Source: Eledone cirrhosa (Eukaryota). From it: a stretch of DNA of 64,000 nt. Shown piece by piece: positions 15,020-28,132 of the stretch (position 1 is its first letter; the number at the start of each line of letters is the position of its first letter). The stretch lies in the NCBI GenBank assembly GCA_964016885.1, contig OZ024740.1:75454001-75518000 (forward strand), given 5' to 3'. The position numbers and the translations under genes were made by a program. The notes beneath the pieces are model-generated. The model was given only the letters and a program-made list of their open reading frames with translations. It did not search any database and was not told the DNA's origin.

Positions 15020-16178
15020 TTAACATTTAATATTCTATCATACTATTTTATTATAATACCATTATAAATTTTAAAGGATTGTAAATAAAACGAGTAAATC
15101 AGACAAAGTTGGAATTCCTCTTATTAATATAATCTTCTATACACAATCATACACACCCGTGTATATTTATCTATATATATATATATTAAGACAGGGGGGA
15201 AGAAAAAAATGGCTTCACTTGTGCTTTCAACAAATTTATTTTCTTCACAAAATCCAAAAAGAATTTTTTTCCGGATTAGAAAAAATTTTTTTTTTTAAAT
15301 TTTATAAATTGAGTCGTTGGTTGTTGGTTAGGTCTTAGGAGTTCTTGGTTAACGTAGGAGGTATTGTTTCGTTTTTAGAAAGACCTTTCACGCTGAGGTG
15401 CGCTTGTCAAACTGATGTGTATGTGGTGTGTTGTTCTATATATAGGGATTTAACATGTTTGTGGTGCGGTGGGGGGGTTCTCCCCCTTTAATAAGTGTAG
15501 GGGTGTAGGTGTGTTGAAAAAATGTTAATAGCAGTAATGAGTTGAGACAGTGAGTGGGGAGAAATGTAGCAAGCGCGGCCTGCCCCGGTCATTCTCGAAA
15601 AATTCCTTTATTCAGGGGAAAAAGCTTTTAGTATTCCTTTGTATTAGAAAATGGTCATAGGCAAACCGCACCTGCCAAGCTTGTAAACAATTATTTTTTT
15701 CTGAAGGATTTTTCTACGTCCATCCCAAAATTAGTCCTTTGTTCAACACACACATATGCGCGTATATACGTACATACACACACGGGCATATGTAGGAATA
15801 TATAGGCACACACCATCAATCACACACCCATGTACATATACATCCACATACATACATAAAAACATATAAAGACACATATAAAAACACATATACACATACG
15901 TACACACACGAATATGTACTCATACCTCCACATGGGTATATATATATATATATACATACATATACACATATATACACACATAAAGATACATAACTAAATA
16001 TACATATATACACAGACACACACACATACACACATACATACACGTGTACACACACACACACATATACATATGCCCGTATATATACATCCGTTCACACATA
16101 CATGCATACACACATACACATTTATATATATAGAGAGAGAGAGAGGCATACACACACACATACATATATATATATATA

Positions 16179-16293
16179 TTAGAATTGGAGCTCTGAAATA
16201 GCAATATATATATGGATGTATATATAATGTATTTTGCAATACACTTATATATACATCCATATATATATTGCTATTTCAGAGCTCCAATTCTAA
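16179..16293. repeat. Short fold-back palindrome
   Basis: ttagaattggagctctgaaatagcaat...attgctatttcagagctccaattctaa. Confidence 0.85.
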
Positions 16294-16399
16294 TTTTTAA
16301 TTTCTGCCTGACCAACAACCGCTCTGCATAATCAGCTCCTGATTATTTACTAGATTTCTATAAGAATATAACATCATTGATCTCAGTAGACAGGTGGGT

Positions 16400-16448
16400 A
16401 GTTGGCCTTGATAAGCTTCAACCAAAGCGAAACATGTCATGTCGGCTT
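16400..16448 (+). ncRNA. Hammerhead candidate, U3-A8 core
   Basis: agttggcc-TTGATAA-gctt caacca aagc-GAAA-catg-TC-atgtcggct. Confidence 0.55.
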
Positions 16449-16597
16449 ATCTCCCCTGTTTGCTGAGATCAAAGTGAGTGAATTTGTCACTACTTTAAAA
16501 CAATAGCTTACGGTCTTCAAAATGCTTTTAATTAAGCATAAAGTGTATTGCAAAATACATTATATATACATCCATATATATATATATATATATATAT

Positions 16598-17155
16598 AGA
16601 GGTAAATATTTATATTATATTTTTTAATGTATTTTGAAAAATTGATTGAATTTTACTTGTTCTGCTTATCTTAATATTAGAGTTCTGGTGTATCAAATTA
16701 ACACCATTGAACAACCTTGAATCATAGACAACCTATGTATTTCTAGGGGTACCTAGTATCCCTGGACATATTAACTTCTACCTTTTTCTCCGTCCGTTGA
16801 GAACAAATCTGTTGCTCTACTTGGCTGCTATTTTTTTAGTAGTAATTGTAGACAGCAAGTCTTTGATTTTCCCGCTTTTACTTCGGTCCAGTTTACATAC
16901 GGGTCACTTTTACGACCTTTCAGACCTTTATTAGCTGGCAGGAGGTTGTATATTTTGTCGTTCCTGGGACGTTTAGCCCTAGGATGGGAAAATGCTTCTC
17001 TGATGAGCTTTGGTTTTCCATCATAAATCCATCGGATTTATGAGGTTTTACAAAGCGAAACTGATCAGTAAGGGCCACTAGAAGAGGTAAATATTTATAT
17101 TATATTTTTTAATGTATTTTGAAAAATTGATTGAATTTTACTTGTTCTGCTTATC

Positions 17156-17162
<7 letters not shown>
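16598..17162 (+). mobile_element. Retrozyme/pLTR-like unit: 485-bp monomer plus about 80-bp terminal direct repeat
   Basis: agaggtaaatatt...cttatcttaatat at 16598 and 17083; HHR just upstream of the second copy. Confidence 0.75.
16994..17075 (+). ncRNA. Type I hammerhead ribozyme
   Basis: gcttct-CTGATGA-gctttg..tcataaatcc/ggatttatga..caaagc-GAAA-ctgatcag-TA-agggc. Confidence 0.8.
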
Positions 17163-17234
<72 letters not shown>

Positions 17235-17281
17235 AGACACATACACACATATACATATATATACACACACATATATATATT

Positions 17282-17315
<34 letters not shown>

Positions 17316-17352
17316 CACATACACATACAAACACATACATACACACATACAT

Positions 17353-17449
<97 letters not shown>

Positions 17450-17482
17450 CATATTCATGTGTACACATAAGAAGAGTGGGGG

Positions 17483-18745
17483 TTAGTGAAATGGAATTTT
17501 ACCTCCGAGTGTTAATTCCTTTTTTTTCGTGTTCAGTAGTGGTTTAAATTTTTCAATGAAGAATTCTTCTTTATATCTGCGGAAATGTTCGTTATCCGAC
17601 CATATCTTGAAGAAAGGGAAGATTGTGAATTTTCCCTTCCCGCATGATGCAAAGTGTGCGCTACATGTGGTATTTCTGACTGTGGGGTCTTTAATTTGTT
17701 GTTTATGTACCCGGACTCTATCATGTAGTCCCGTTGCGGTTTCCCCAATGTAATACTCTTTACACTGTGGACATGTTGCGCAATATATTCGGTTTTTCGT
17801 TTTGCAGTTCATGTTTGCATTGACCTTGAAATTATCATGGTTTTTGAAGGACAACTGTTTTCCCTCTTCGATGAGTTCACAGGTTCCACATCTAGGGTCC
17901 CCGCATTTCGTCACTTGCATTGATTCCATGTTGGTCGTAAATTTTGCCTTGGTAATTAGTTTTTTAAGGTTGGGTGCTTGGCGTCTGCTATAAATTATCT
18001 GTGTGTTTTTTAAGAGTGCATTCATTTTGGTAGATTGCTGTAGAATCGGGAGATACTGCTTAGCAGTTTTTACAATGTTGACGTTCCCTGGGTTGTGAGT
18101 GATGACAAAAGAGATAGCAGGGTTTTCTTTTTTATGTTGTAGGTTTGGTTTTCTCAGTGTTGTTATTGGGATGTTCTTAGCCTTGGAGATGGCTGCGTTG
18201 ATGAGTTTCGTCGGGTATTCTTGTTTTTTAAGGAATTTTTTCAGGTCACATAATCTTTTTTCTTGTAGTACGGGGTGTGTTGCTATAGTGCAGATGCGCC
18301 TTGCCATGTTGAAGGGAATGTTCCTTTTCGTATGTGAGGGGTGTGCTGACCGGAAATTTAAGTATTGGTGTGTGTCTGTGGGTTTGCAAAATAGGTCCGT
18401 TATGATATTTTCCCCTTCTTTAATGATGAGGATATCTAGAAAGGGCAGTTCCTTTTCGTTACATTCCATAGTGAATTGTATAGCTTCATGAAGCCTGTTT
18501 AAGATCGAATAAAATTTTTGTAGGTCTGTTTGGCTTCTGTTCCAGAAGATGAAGCAGTCATCTAGGTAACGTTTCCAGTTTTTATTAATGTAGAAGGCGA
18601 AGTCGTGACTGAATGTTATCTGTAGTTGGGAATATAATTTTGCCTCTAAGTGACCCATAACGAGCGTTGCCTATGTAGGGGCCACTTTGGTACCCATGGC
18701 TGTTCCTTTTATTTGTAGATAAAGTTCGTTGTCAAAGAGGAAAAC
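17483..18745 (-). mobile_element. Neptune-like PLE (RT C-half, thumb, Zn finger, GIY-YIG)
   Basis: GTAMGT, WKRYLDDCF, LPFLDI, KPTDTHQYL, CGDPRCGTC, IYCATCPQC..YIGET; ORF 17483-18658. Confidence 0.95.
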
Positions 18746-18882
18746 ATTTTTTCTAATCCGGAAAAAAATTCTTTTTGGATTTTGTGAAGAAAATAAATTT
18801 GTTGAAAGCACAAGTGAAGCCATTTTTTTCTTCCCACTGTCTTAATATACCTAACTGTACCAAGGATTACACACATTTTCCA

Positions 18883-18977
<95 letters not shown>

Positions 18978-19069
18978 AAGTAATTCCGTCGGAAAGGTCC
19001 AGGAAAAAAGAGTGCTCTATGTAGGTAACAGAGCTTAATAGTTATGTAATAAACAACATAAGGCAATTA

Positions 19070-19130
19070 TTTCATTTACCAGTGGTTTCTTAAAAGCAAA
19101 CAAATTTTGCTTTCAATCATCAGAATGAAA
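19070..19130 (-). ncRNA. Type I hammerhead ribozyme
   Basis: Minus strand: tttcatt-CTGATGA-ttgaaagcaaa..tttgcttttaa-GAAA-ccactgg-TA-aatgaaa. Confidence 0.85.
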
Positions 19131-19505
19131 AAATCCTGGTGTATTTATTGGCATTGGTTTTAATATATATATTGTTATACTTGGGGAGGGTCATATTGTT
19201 GTAATAATATTACCAGAAATAATAACAGAACACACTCACTGTTTGGTTGGTTTTCGCTTCTGTATCTTTTATATCTCCATAGTTAATTTATCTGGCAATC
19301 AATGTTTATCATTGATTGACCAACGGTGAAAAATACAGATATAAATATATATATATATAGTCTATCAAAGTTCTTTCATATATATGATGATGATGATGAT
19401 TTCTCCCGAATGAAACAGTTCGAGACCTGTAGAAGCCATTTCTATATTAATATTTATACTCTGCTATGTACTGAGTACCTTACTTACTGTGGTTTCCCCG
19501 AGATA

Positions 19506-19544
<39 letters not shown>

Positions 19545-19547
<3 letters not shown>

Positions 19548-19962
19548 GAAGTTATATTTAATTTGTTGGGATTCAACAAGCTTAAAAATTGTTATAACGC
19601 ACTCAACAGCAGTGGAGTAAATATTCAATATATTAATAAATGGAAACTATATTAATAAAACCATAATTATTTTATTATATATATTTCAAGGGCAACCAAG
19701 GCAAATTATGGTGCGCTTTCATCAGATAAAATACAAATTTGTTTTATAAATATTGACATACCCGCATAAAGACAACCTTAACTGGATATCCAGCGAACCT
19801 CAACCTTTAAGGTTGTCTTTATGCGGGTATGTCAATATTTATAAAACAAATTTGTATTTTATCTGATGAAAGCGCACCAAAATTTGCCTTGGTTGCCCTT
19901 GAAATATATATAATAAAATAATTATGGTTTTATAAATATAGTTTCCATTTATTAATATATTG
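19545..19962. mobile_element. PLE-tail fold-back (palindrome 19626-19962), family of 741-1187
   Basis: Inverted arms with HHRs at 19668-19733 (-) and 19855-19920 (+). Confidence 0.8.
19855..19920 (+). ncRNA. Minimal hammerhead ribozyme
   Basis: tattttat-CTGATGA-aagcgcacca..tggttgccctt-GAAA-tatata-TA-ataaaata. Confidence 0.8.
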
Positions 19963-19970
19963 TATATATA

Positions 19971-20160
19971 GGCGGTGGATTGGCAGAATCGGTAGAGGGT
20001 CGGACGCCATGCTTTGACGCATAGAGTTACGGCCCTTGCCATTCTGAGTTCAAATCCCGCCGAGGTTAACTTTGCCTTTCATCCTTACGGGGTCGATAAA
20101 ATAAAGTACCAGTAATGAACTGGGTAATTGCTGGCCATGTGCCAAAAGTAGAAACAATTA
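19971..20160 (+). mobile_element. tRNA-derived SINE (family A)
   Basis: A box tggcagaatcgg, B box gagttcaaatcc, central tttcatcctt..ggggtcgataaaataaagtacc; multiple copies in the window. Confidence 0.85.
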
Positions 20161-20951
20161 ATATATTGTATATATATATATATATAACGAAGGAATTGTG
20201 GTAAGGAACCAGATGGACCATAACGCACCAGAGTACTCAATACTTAGGGTAGTAGAGTGGGTAATAGGAAAAAGTATGACCCCGACGGCAGAGCTCAAGC
20301 CGTTTCGACGGCTATTTCTAGACCTAGAAATAGCCGTCAAAACGGCTTGAGCTCTGCCGTCGGGGTCATACTTTTTCATATATATATATATATATTAGTA
20401 TAAGCAAAGTTTCATACATTTAACATGTAAGTGCTACCATTGGTTTTGAGGTCCAGAAATGACCATCACTATATAATGGAGGAGGCACTTTTAAACTGGC
20501 TCTTCCTTCAGGCACGTGGACATGGCATGAAAAAGGGAAATTATTGTCCTTCGACCAAAACTCTCTCCGAACAGATTTATATTTGAAACGGGATGCAACC
20601 CTGGTTTGAAATCTGCGTATACAAATTTATCAAATATTCCTGTGGCTATTCTGTCTAGCGGGTAAAAGGGAGGAAACTCATGAAATTATCCGATACTTTG
20701 TAGACAATAAGTTAAGAAGTTGCATATAAACGGACACACATAAGAAATTATTGAGATTTAAATGGTAAACATGGATTTGCGCGCTCATGTGCTCTCTTGC
20801 ATGTAAGTGTAGCTATATATATTCATACAAGCATACACACATACTCACGTATACATGTACACGCACACACACAGAGACACACATACACATATATGTATAT
20901 ATATATATATACACACATACATATATATATACATATATATACATATATAAT

Positions 20952-21037
<86 letters not shown>

Positions 21038-21039
21038 TT

Positions 21040-21290
21040 GATAATTTGGATAGGTTTCGGTCAGTATTGGCCCTGGCCATGTCTAACTTAATAGCACCAC
21101 CTGGTGAAGTCTTTCAAATCATGATTTGGACACCATAGCCCACTCAAGAAGGGAGTAAATGTTTGCGGTGACATATCCGGGAGTAGGTGGTTTATCAGGG
21201 ATTTTTAAAGGAATTTGTCGAAAGACTTCTTGAACTTTGTGGGGTCTGTTTCAGTTTTAATGTGTTTTTGGTGTAATGTTAAAGAGAGCG
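21040..21290 (-). mobile_element. CR1/L2-like LINE 3' scrap
   Basis: Minus-strand peptide FKKSFDKFL*KIPDKPPTPGY..SLLEW. Confidence 0.55.
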
Positions 21291-21400
21291 TGGCTAATTG
21301 AGGTGAAATAATTGTGTCGTATTGCGCACAATTGTACGAGTGCCTACATATTCATACAAGCATACACACATACGCACGCACACACACAATTGTACCGTAT

Positions 21401-21444
<44 letters not shown>

Positions 21445-21619
21445 AAAAAGTATGACCCCGACGGCAGAGCTCAATTTCTGGAAATAGCCAGATATACCCG
21501 TCGAAACGGCTTGAGCTCTGCCGTCGGGGTCATACTTTTTCCTATTTCCCACTCTACTACCCTAAGTATTGAGTACTCTGGTGCGTTATGGTCCATCTGG
21601 TTCCTTACCACAATTCCTT

Positions 21620-21656
<37 letters not shown>

Positions 21657-21744
21657 CAATAATAATGAGTTCAAATCTCAGGCGATCATTTACAATGAAA
21701 TAGCTCGAAGAAAGAGTATTTCTGAGCCGTGTAATATAGGTTAA

Positions 21745-22274
21745 TATAAATCAATATATTTGATAAACACAAATATCCTCATATTTATGTTTGTATTGTA
21801 AATGACCAAGTTAGCTAGATAGAAATATACTAATAATAATGTTACAGTTTGCCTATCATGACTTAAGATAATACATCATAAATCAACAAAAACAAATTGT
21901 ATTGGCAATGGCCGTAGTGCTTGGACAAATTTAAATTTCAAAATCAAACCTGTTCCGTAGACAGGTTTAAACCTTAAAATCCAAATATGTTTCGAATAAT
22001 GAAAAAGTGGAAGAAAATACCGCATTTTGATCTCCTCAGCAAGCACTATAAAAATTGGTATGTTCCACTTCAAAATATTTAGGAAGACTGTTTAGCGCAC
22101 GAGATAACCTCATGCGGTTATCCAGTGTCTAGCTAGCCACATACTCGTGCTGCTAGAAATAACAGCCGTTTGTATGGGGCTATTATTAGTATATTTCTAT
22201 CTAGCTAACTTGGTCATTTACAATACAAACATAAATATGAGGATATTTGTGTTTATCAAATATATTGATTTATA
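21745..22274. repeat. Element with about 94-bp inverted ends (21745-21838 / 22181-22274)
   Basis: Arms read as reverse complements. Confidence 0.8.
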
Positions 22275-22321
22275 TATATATATTAAGAGAGTAAAACAAA
22301 GAATCCTTTAATACATCAAAA

Positions 22322-22378
22322 GTTTTTATTAGCCGACAATGTTTCGTCCTATTAAGGACTCATCAGGGCAATCAAAAC
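22322..22378 (-). ncRNA. Canonical type I hammerhead ribozyme
   Basis: Minus strand: gttttgattgcc-CTGATGA-gtcc ttaata ggac-GAAA-cattg-TC-ggctaataaaaac. Confidence 0.9.
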
Positions 22379-22699
22379 AACAAGAGGTAATTTCGGCAGA
22401 TACAAGCCAGAAACTCTGAAGAATATGGAGTTTACATACACTAATGTCTTACAAAGATATACGATAATAAAAATGAAGATAAAAATAATAAAATTATAAT
22501 AACTAAGGATGTAGATAACATTAAGAACCATATTACAAATATAGTCCAAAGTCACCAACTTAAATCTAAACAAATTTGGTTATATAGAGCAGGAGTTATA
22601 TATAACACAGTATAATACATTATAATAATAATATATCTATACCAACATTAAAATTCCAAATTAAAAATCAAAAGGTACAATATATACATGTATATATGT

Positions 22700-22733
<34 letters not shown>

Positions 22734-24025
22734 TACAATACACATATCCACTTTCTATTACACAGAAATTAAGCCCTATTGGAAGTTTGCACATCAAAAA
22801 TATCAAAAATAAGCATGGTAATAGTGAAAATAATGCTAATACATCTACCCAATATACATGAGGCAATAATATGATATAATTACAAGAAACACTTATAATA
22901 AATAATAAACAACAAAATTATATAATACAATACAATATAATAAAGTAGAATATATAATAATCCCCGGTTAATTTACAGAAACAATATAGATGTCACGGTG
23001 AAATACAATGATAAATTGTTAACATTATATTAACAATTAGCATAAACAATATGTACAACATGATTCATACTGGGTTACATAATAAATGAGGAAATATCAA
23101 TCATATAATATAATACAATAATACTCAAAAAAACTATATTGGTACAGGGAACAATTATGATGTTACAGAAAAATATGTTGTTACAGAAAAATATACAGAC
23201 ATCAACATGATATGTAAAGTCTAAATACTATAATGTTACATATTACAATATTAAAATATTAAAAAATTAAAAAATTAAAAAATTAAAAAATCAAGACATC
23301 TTATATGATATATAAAGTTTAACTATCTCAATGTTATATATAATAAACGGTAAGTAATAAGGATCTATATCATAATGTAATATATTTTAAAAATTGGCAT
23401 AAAATATGTAAATAAATACTTATAGTTTCAAGGTTAGTAGACAGACATGTGTGGATGAGTGAACGAAGCCAGACAGTGAATAGTAAATAGAATATAGGAT
23501 AAAACAAATAAATACAATCAACCGGAAATTACAAAACAAGGCAAATGTATACACACTTAGGCCTCGCGTGCATTAAGAAATTTGGTAAACACCAAGGAAA
23601 GCGATCATTTTAAATGACTCTAAATCCTATCTGATAAATTAATATTAAAAATATCAAACCCATCCAATAAGGTAGTATAAAATTAGCTATAGTCTAAGTC
23701 ATTAAAGTATATAAACTTTAATGTATCGTTACAAATGTTTACAAAAAGGAATAAAATTACACTATCATATACGTAACGATATCTAAAAAACTGACTTAAG
23801 TAGAGTTAAGGTAGGCTAATGGGGACAGAATTAACAAAATATATGGAGGGTGCGAAGTGGCATAAAATATATTCGATATACTATAATAAATAATAGAACA
23901 GAGCATAAAAGAGGGGGGGTTTAATATAATCATATTCAATCTAGAGGGGTTGACAATAAGTTTATGCAGTGCATGGGGGGAGGGGGAAGAAGGGGGGGAG
24001 AAGGGGGGGGGGGGGGTATTCTAAT

Positions 24026-24070
<45 letters not shown>

Positions 24071-24195
24071 ATACGGCACAATTGTGTGTGTGTAAATACA
24101 AACATGCGCATTTATTCGAATTTGTGTTTCTATTGATGTTTCACTAATTTTTATTTCTGAGGTGTATAAGGGTCCACTTTAGCGTATATATATAT

Positions 24196-24486
24196 ATATT
24201 GAAAGGATAACAAGGACGATTGGTTACTCCTTCATTACATTTATTGGTAGGTGACGTACGTTTCGCCACTGATCAACTCAAGGTTCGATCTGTATTGATC
24301 CTACCCGACTCAATGATCGGCAGCTCGACGGACCCTTTAAAATGCTATGCTAGTCGAGCTGTCGATCATTGAGTCGGGTAGGATCGATACAGATCGAACC
24401 TTGAGCTGATCAGTGGCGAAACGCGCGTCACCTACCAATAAATGTAATGAAGGAGTAACAAATCGTCCTTGTTATCCTTTCAATAT
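24196..24486. repeat. Fold-back palindrome carrying HHR 3' half
   Basis: About 135-bp arms; GAAA-cgcgcg-TC at 24418 and mirrored gacgtacgtttc. Confidence 0.85.
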
Positions 24487-24584
24487 ATTACACTCTGTAT
24501 AGCTCTACACCTCATCACAGAAGTGAACCTAAACATCGAGTGCTCTCCCGGGTGAACATGCAGTAACTCCAAATTACACCCCCT

Positions 24585-24642
<58 letters not shown>

Positions 24643-25180
24643 GTTGGATTGATAATGTTTTCAAAAAAACTAATTAACCCGCGTGTATATTATTTTTTCC
24701 TCATTTCGTGGGTTGTCTCCCCTTCCCGCTTCGTGCCGCTATGATACTTCCTCAGTCAAAAACTGCTGGAATTTCAAATTTGGCGGTCATTCGAGGTGAG
24801 AGAGAGAAACTTTACGGACATGATTTTTGACAGCGGTAAGAAATTGTTTTCTTATATCAATGTTTAATGGGCTTCCACTGATGATTTATAAGTGCCCACC
24901 TAAATATATTCTTACATGAATATATATTAGGCTTCTACATAAACTGGAAACATTCTCCCAAACTTGTAGAAAACTTATAATGAAACAATTGTTTGGAAAG
25001 AGAGATATACTTTAACTTTAATTATATCTCATAAAATAATACAACTGGTTTTTCCACATTATACATATTGTTAGCACCCCAAACACTTAAATTGGGTTTA
25101 TATTTTAATATAACCTAATGTTTGTTGAGTGAGATGGTTACCAGTCAGAGTTTAGCTTTAAACTATCTCTGTTATTGTAT

Positions 25181-25274
<94 letters not shown>

Positions 25275-26958
25275 TTAGTTAAGCAAAACAAGACCACAAA
25301 TTTCACAAGGAAGACATTATTAAAAGATTGTCAACATATTTTAGTTTGATGTAAGGAGTGTAGAGAATAATAATAATAATATTAATAATAATAATGTCCG
25401 TTTACAATTGTTTCGCTACTCCATATAATGTTTCTGGATCATATGATTATAGATCTTTATTGATCTGGTTCAGTTGAAAATAATTAACTTAGGTAAATGC
25501 CATAACACACCACTTCACCACAACCATAATAAACTTAACACTAGAACTAGAAATACCTTAGCATATAGCCAGATTCGCCGGAACTTTAGCAGTAACTGCA
25601 CCTATACAGGGAACCTTAATGGTGGCACTGGCCTGCTTCCCACTCCAAGTAGCAAATTAAAAATCAACCCTAGAATAGGAATGAACAATGGGATGACAAA
25701 TAACAAATGCCTAGGTAAGAATAACCCTATGAAGGCCCGTACCAACTCCACTAGAACCCCTAGAAGGAATAGGCCTAGAAATATCACCTGGCTTAACCCC
25801 CCCATTCTCATCTAATCTAGCCACTAGTATCCCTAAACGCTTCTTCTCTATCCTATCTAAACATTCCCCCCCCCCCCAACCATAGATACTACAAACTCTT
25901 TAATAAAAGCAACATTAAAATCTCATTCTCCACAATACCTAACCTAGCTAGCCACATCGTATTCAGTAACCATCATAAACTAAGACAGAATAACTCCCAC
26001 ACCGCAGTACCACCACCCCATCAAATACACCACGCCACTAGACCAATACTTACTCTAGTAGCACACCTCCCCCATCTAATCCTTCTAGCACTGACCAACC
26101 GCTTAGGTTAAACAACCCTACTCTCACTAACCGCAGAAGTAACTGCAACTGCCGTTACCCTAATGCATGCCCACTAAATGGACATTGCCTGACACCCAAT
26201 ATAGTTTATAGGTGCACAGTTAAAACTGCTTCGCATACCAGCTCCTATATCGGCTCTTCCTCTAACCCTTTTAAGGTACGCTATAACGCGAACTCTTTTT
26301 CCTTCCGAGACCCTAACAACAGATGTTCGACATCTCTAGCTAGACTCATTAAAAACCTTACATTAACCAACATTGAACACTCACTAAAATGGGATATCTT
26401 GGCTAGGGCCCAACCGTTCAATGGATGAAGAAACTCTTGTGACCTCTGTCTTACTGAAGCATATTACATAACTCTATCACGACCTCTACTGATTAACGAT
26501 AGAACGGAGGTAACTATTAGCTGTCAACATCGAAGGGCTAATTCCTTCGCCAACAGAATATTTGACCCAACATAGTCATCTAGCCCCATTTTTACTTGTA
26601 GCTAATAAGTTAAATAGTTATAGCTAACTTAGATAATTATCAGTTACCTCCCTTACATTGTCTCTCAATTAAAAAATTAAAAAATTAGCACTTCTTAACT
26701 ATAAACTACCCACAATTTCTAATTTCTCGAGGAGTTACTTCCCCTGAAACCACCCTCTAATTAGTAAGGTAAATATGTCAATTGGCGGCCATCTTGTTAC
26801 CCATAGGCAGATCTCACACAATGCAGCCTTGACAGAAGAATACTGCTCGGCTATGGCAGACAATAGATATACCCAGGACACCATAGTGAAATACTAATAT
26901 ATGGAACATTACATTCATGTAACATTCTTTCCTTATTTTAATTTATATTCCCTTTGAA

Positions 26959-27077
26959 GTTCTGATGAGCTGCTCTAATTTTACCTAAGTTAATTATTTT
27001 CAACTGAACCAGATCAATAATGATCTATAATCATTTGATCCAGAAACATTATATGGAGTAGCGAAACAATTGTAAAC
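26959..27077 (+). ncRNA. Hammerhead ribozyme, about 80-nt loop II
   Basis: gtt-CTGATGA-gctgctct..ggagtagc-GAAA-caattg-TA-aac. Confidence 0.7.
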
Positions 27078-27103
27078 GGACATTATTATTATTAATATTA
27101 TTG

Positions 27104-27292
27104 ATGCAGTGGATTGGCAGTATCGGTAGAGGGTCGGACGCCATGCTTTCCAGCATAGTTACGTCCCTTTACGATCTGAGTTCAAATCCCACCGAGGTTG
27201 ACTTTGCCTTTCCTCCTTACGGGGTCGATAAAATAAAGTACCAGTAATGCACTGGGTAATTGCTGGCCTTGTGCCTAAAGTAGAAACAATTA
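27104..27292 (+). mobile_element. tRNA-derived SINE (family A)
   Basis: Homologous to 19971-20160; flanked by duplicated attattattaatattatt. Confidence 0.85.
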
Positions 27293-27605
27293 TTATTAAT
27301 ATTATTATTATTATTCTCTACACTCCTTACATCAAACTAAAATATGTTGACAATCTTTTAATAATGTCTTCCTTGTGAAATTTTTGGTCTTGTTTTGCTT
27401 AACTAATGAATATTTCCAGCTCTGTGCACCTAACCTCTGCATGAACCCAGCCACCTAGCTGCCTTCCACTGCATATTGCACATTGAACACATGCCTTTAC
27501 ACTTTGGCTTCTAACTAATTCACCAATCTCTCTCCTCCTCCCCTATCTTCTCTCCTAACTCCTCTGCTATCACCATCTCTCTTTTTAAGATTGGTTACTC
27601 TTGAA

Positions 27606-27674
<69 letters not shown>

Positions 27675-27679
<5 letters not shown>

Positions 27680-28038
27680 ATACTTTGGGAGGGTCATGTT
27701 GCCAATAAGAAACACACGCACCAGTTGCTTTCACTTCAATTTATTATAATAAATTTATAAATTTAGGAATTTATAAATTTCCGGTTGGTTGGTTGGTTCC
27801 ACAACCAGATGATTGTTTATATATTGTCAAAGTTCTTTCGTCACACATTCTGTAACCTCTTCAGTGACTGGGGATTCTTTTCTTTGTTTTTGTGCCTCTC
27901 CTTTGTTCTATCCTACGCCATCTTGTTTTTGTAATACACAAAAACAAAAACACACACAAAAACAAGATGGCGTAGGACAGAAAGCAACTGGTGCGTGTGT
28001 TTCTTATTGGCAACATGACCCTCCCAAAGTATAACAAT
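27675..28038 (-). mobile_element. HHR-tail element (family of 8200-8645) with inverted ends
   Basis: 27675-27731 inverted at 27981-28038; inner inversion cctacgccatcttg; HHR 27821-27873. Confidence 0.7.
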
Positions 28039-28094
28039 ATCGGTTTCAACACACGTTTTCAGATAAAGAATCTTGCTAAACAAATTCAGAAACG

Positions 28095-28132
<38 letters not shown>

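Larger units (their letters stand above)
13950..15165 (-). mobile_element. Neptune-like PLE, 5'-truncated, with inverted tail copy (14997-15165)
   Basis: ORF 14495-15019 CNDSRCGTC..NLIYCIKCPNC..YVGQT; 3' UTR HHR; tail inverted at 5' end. Confidence 0.9.
25270..27590 (+). mobile_element. Degenerate PLE 3' portion with inverted tail (25270-25497) and nested SINE
   Basis: ITWLNPP, CNCRYPNACPLNGHCL..IVYRC..YIGS..FK.RY, CDLCLTEA; HHR at 26959. Confidence 0.9.

Noticed and set aside
15355-15420. Expected HHR in the putative PLE 3' UTR
   Set aside because: Only gaaac and a weak helix remain; too decayed to call
20430-20700. Possible host exon
   Set aside because: Frames checked are short or stopped, and the peptides are unrecognisable
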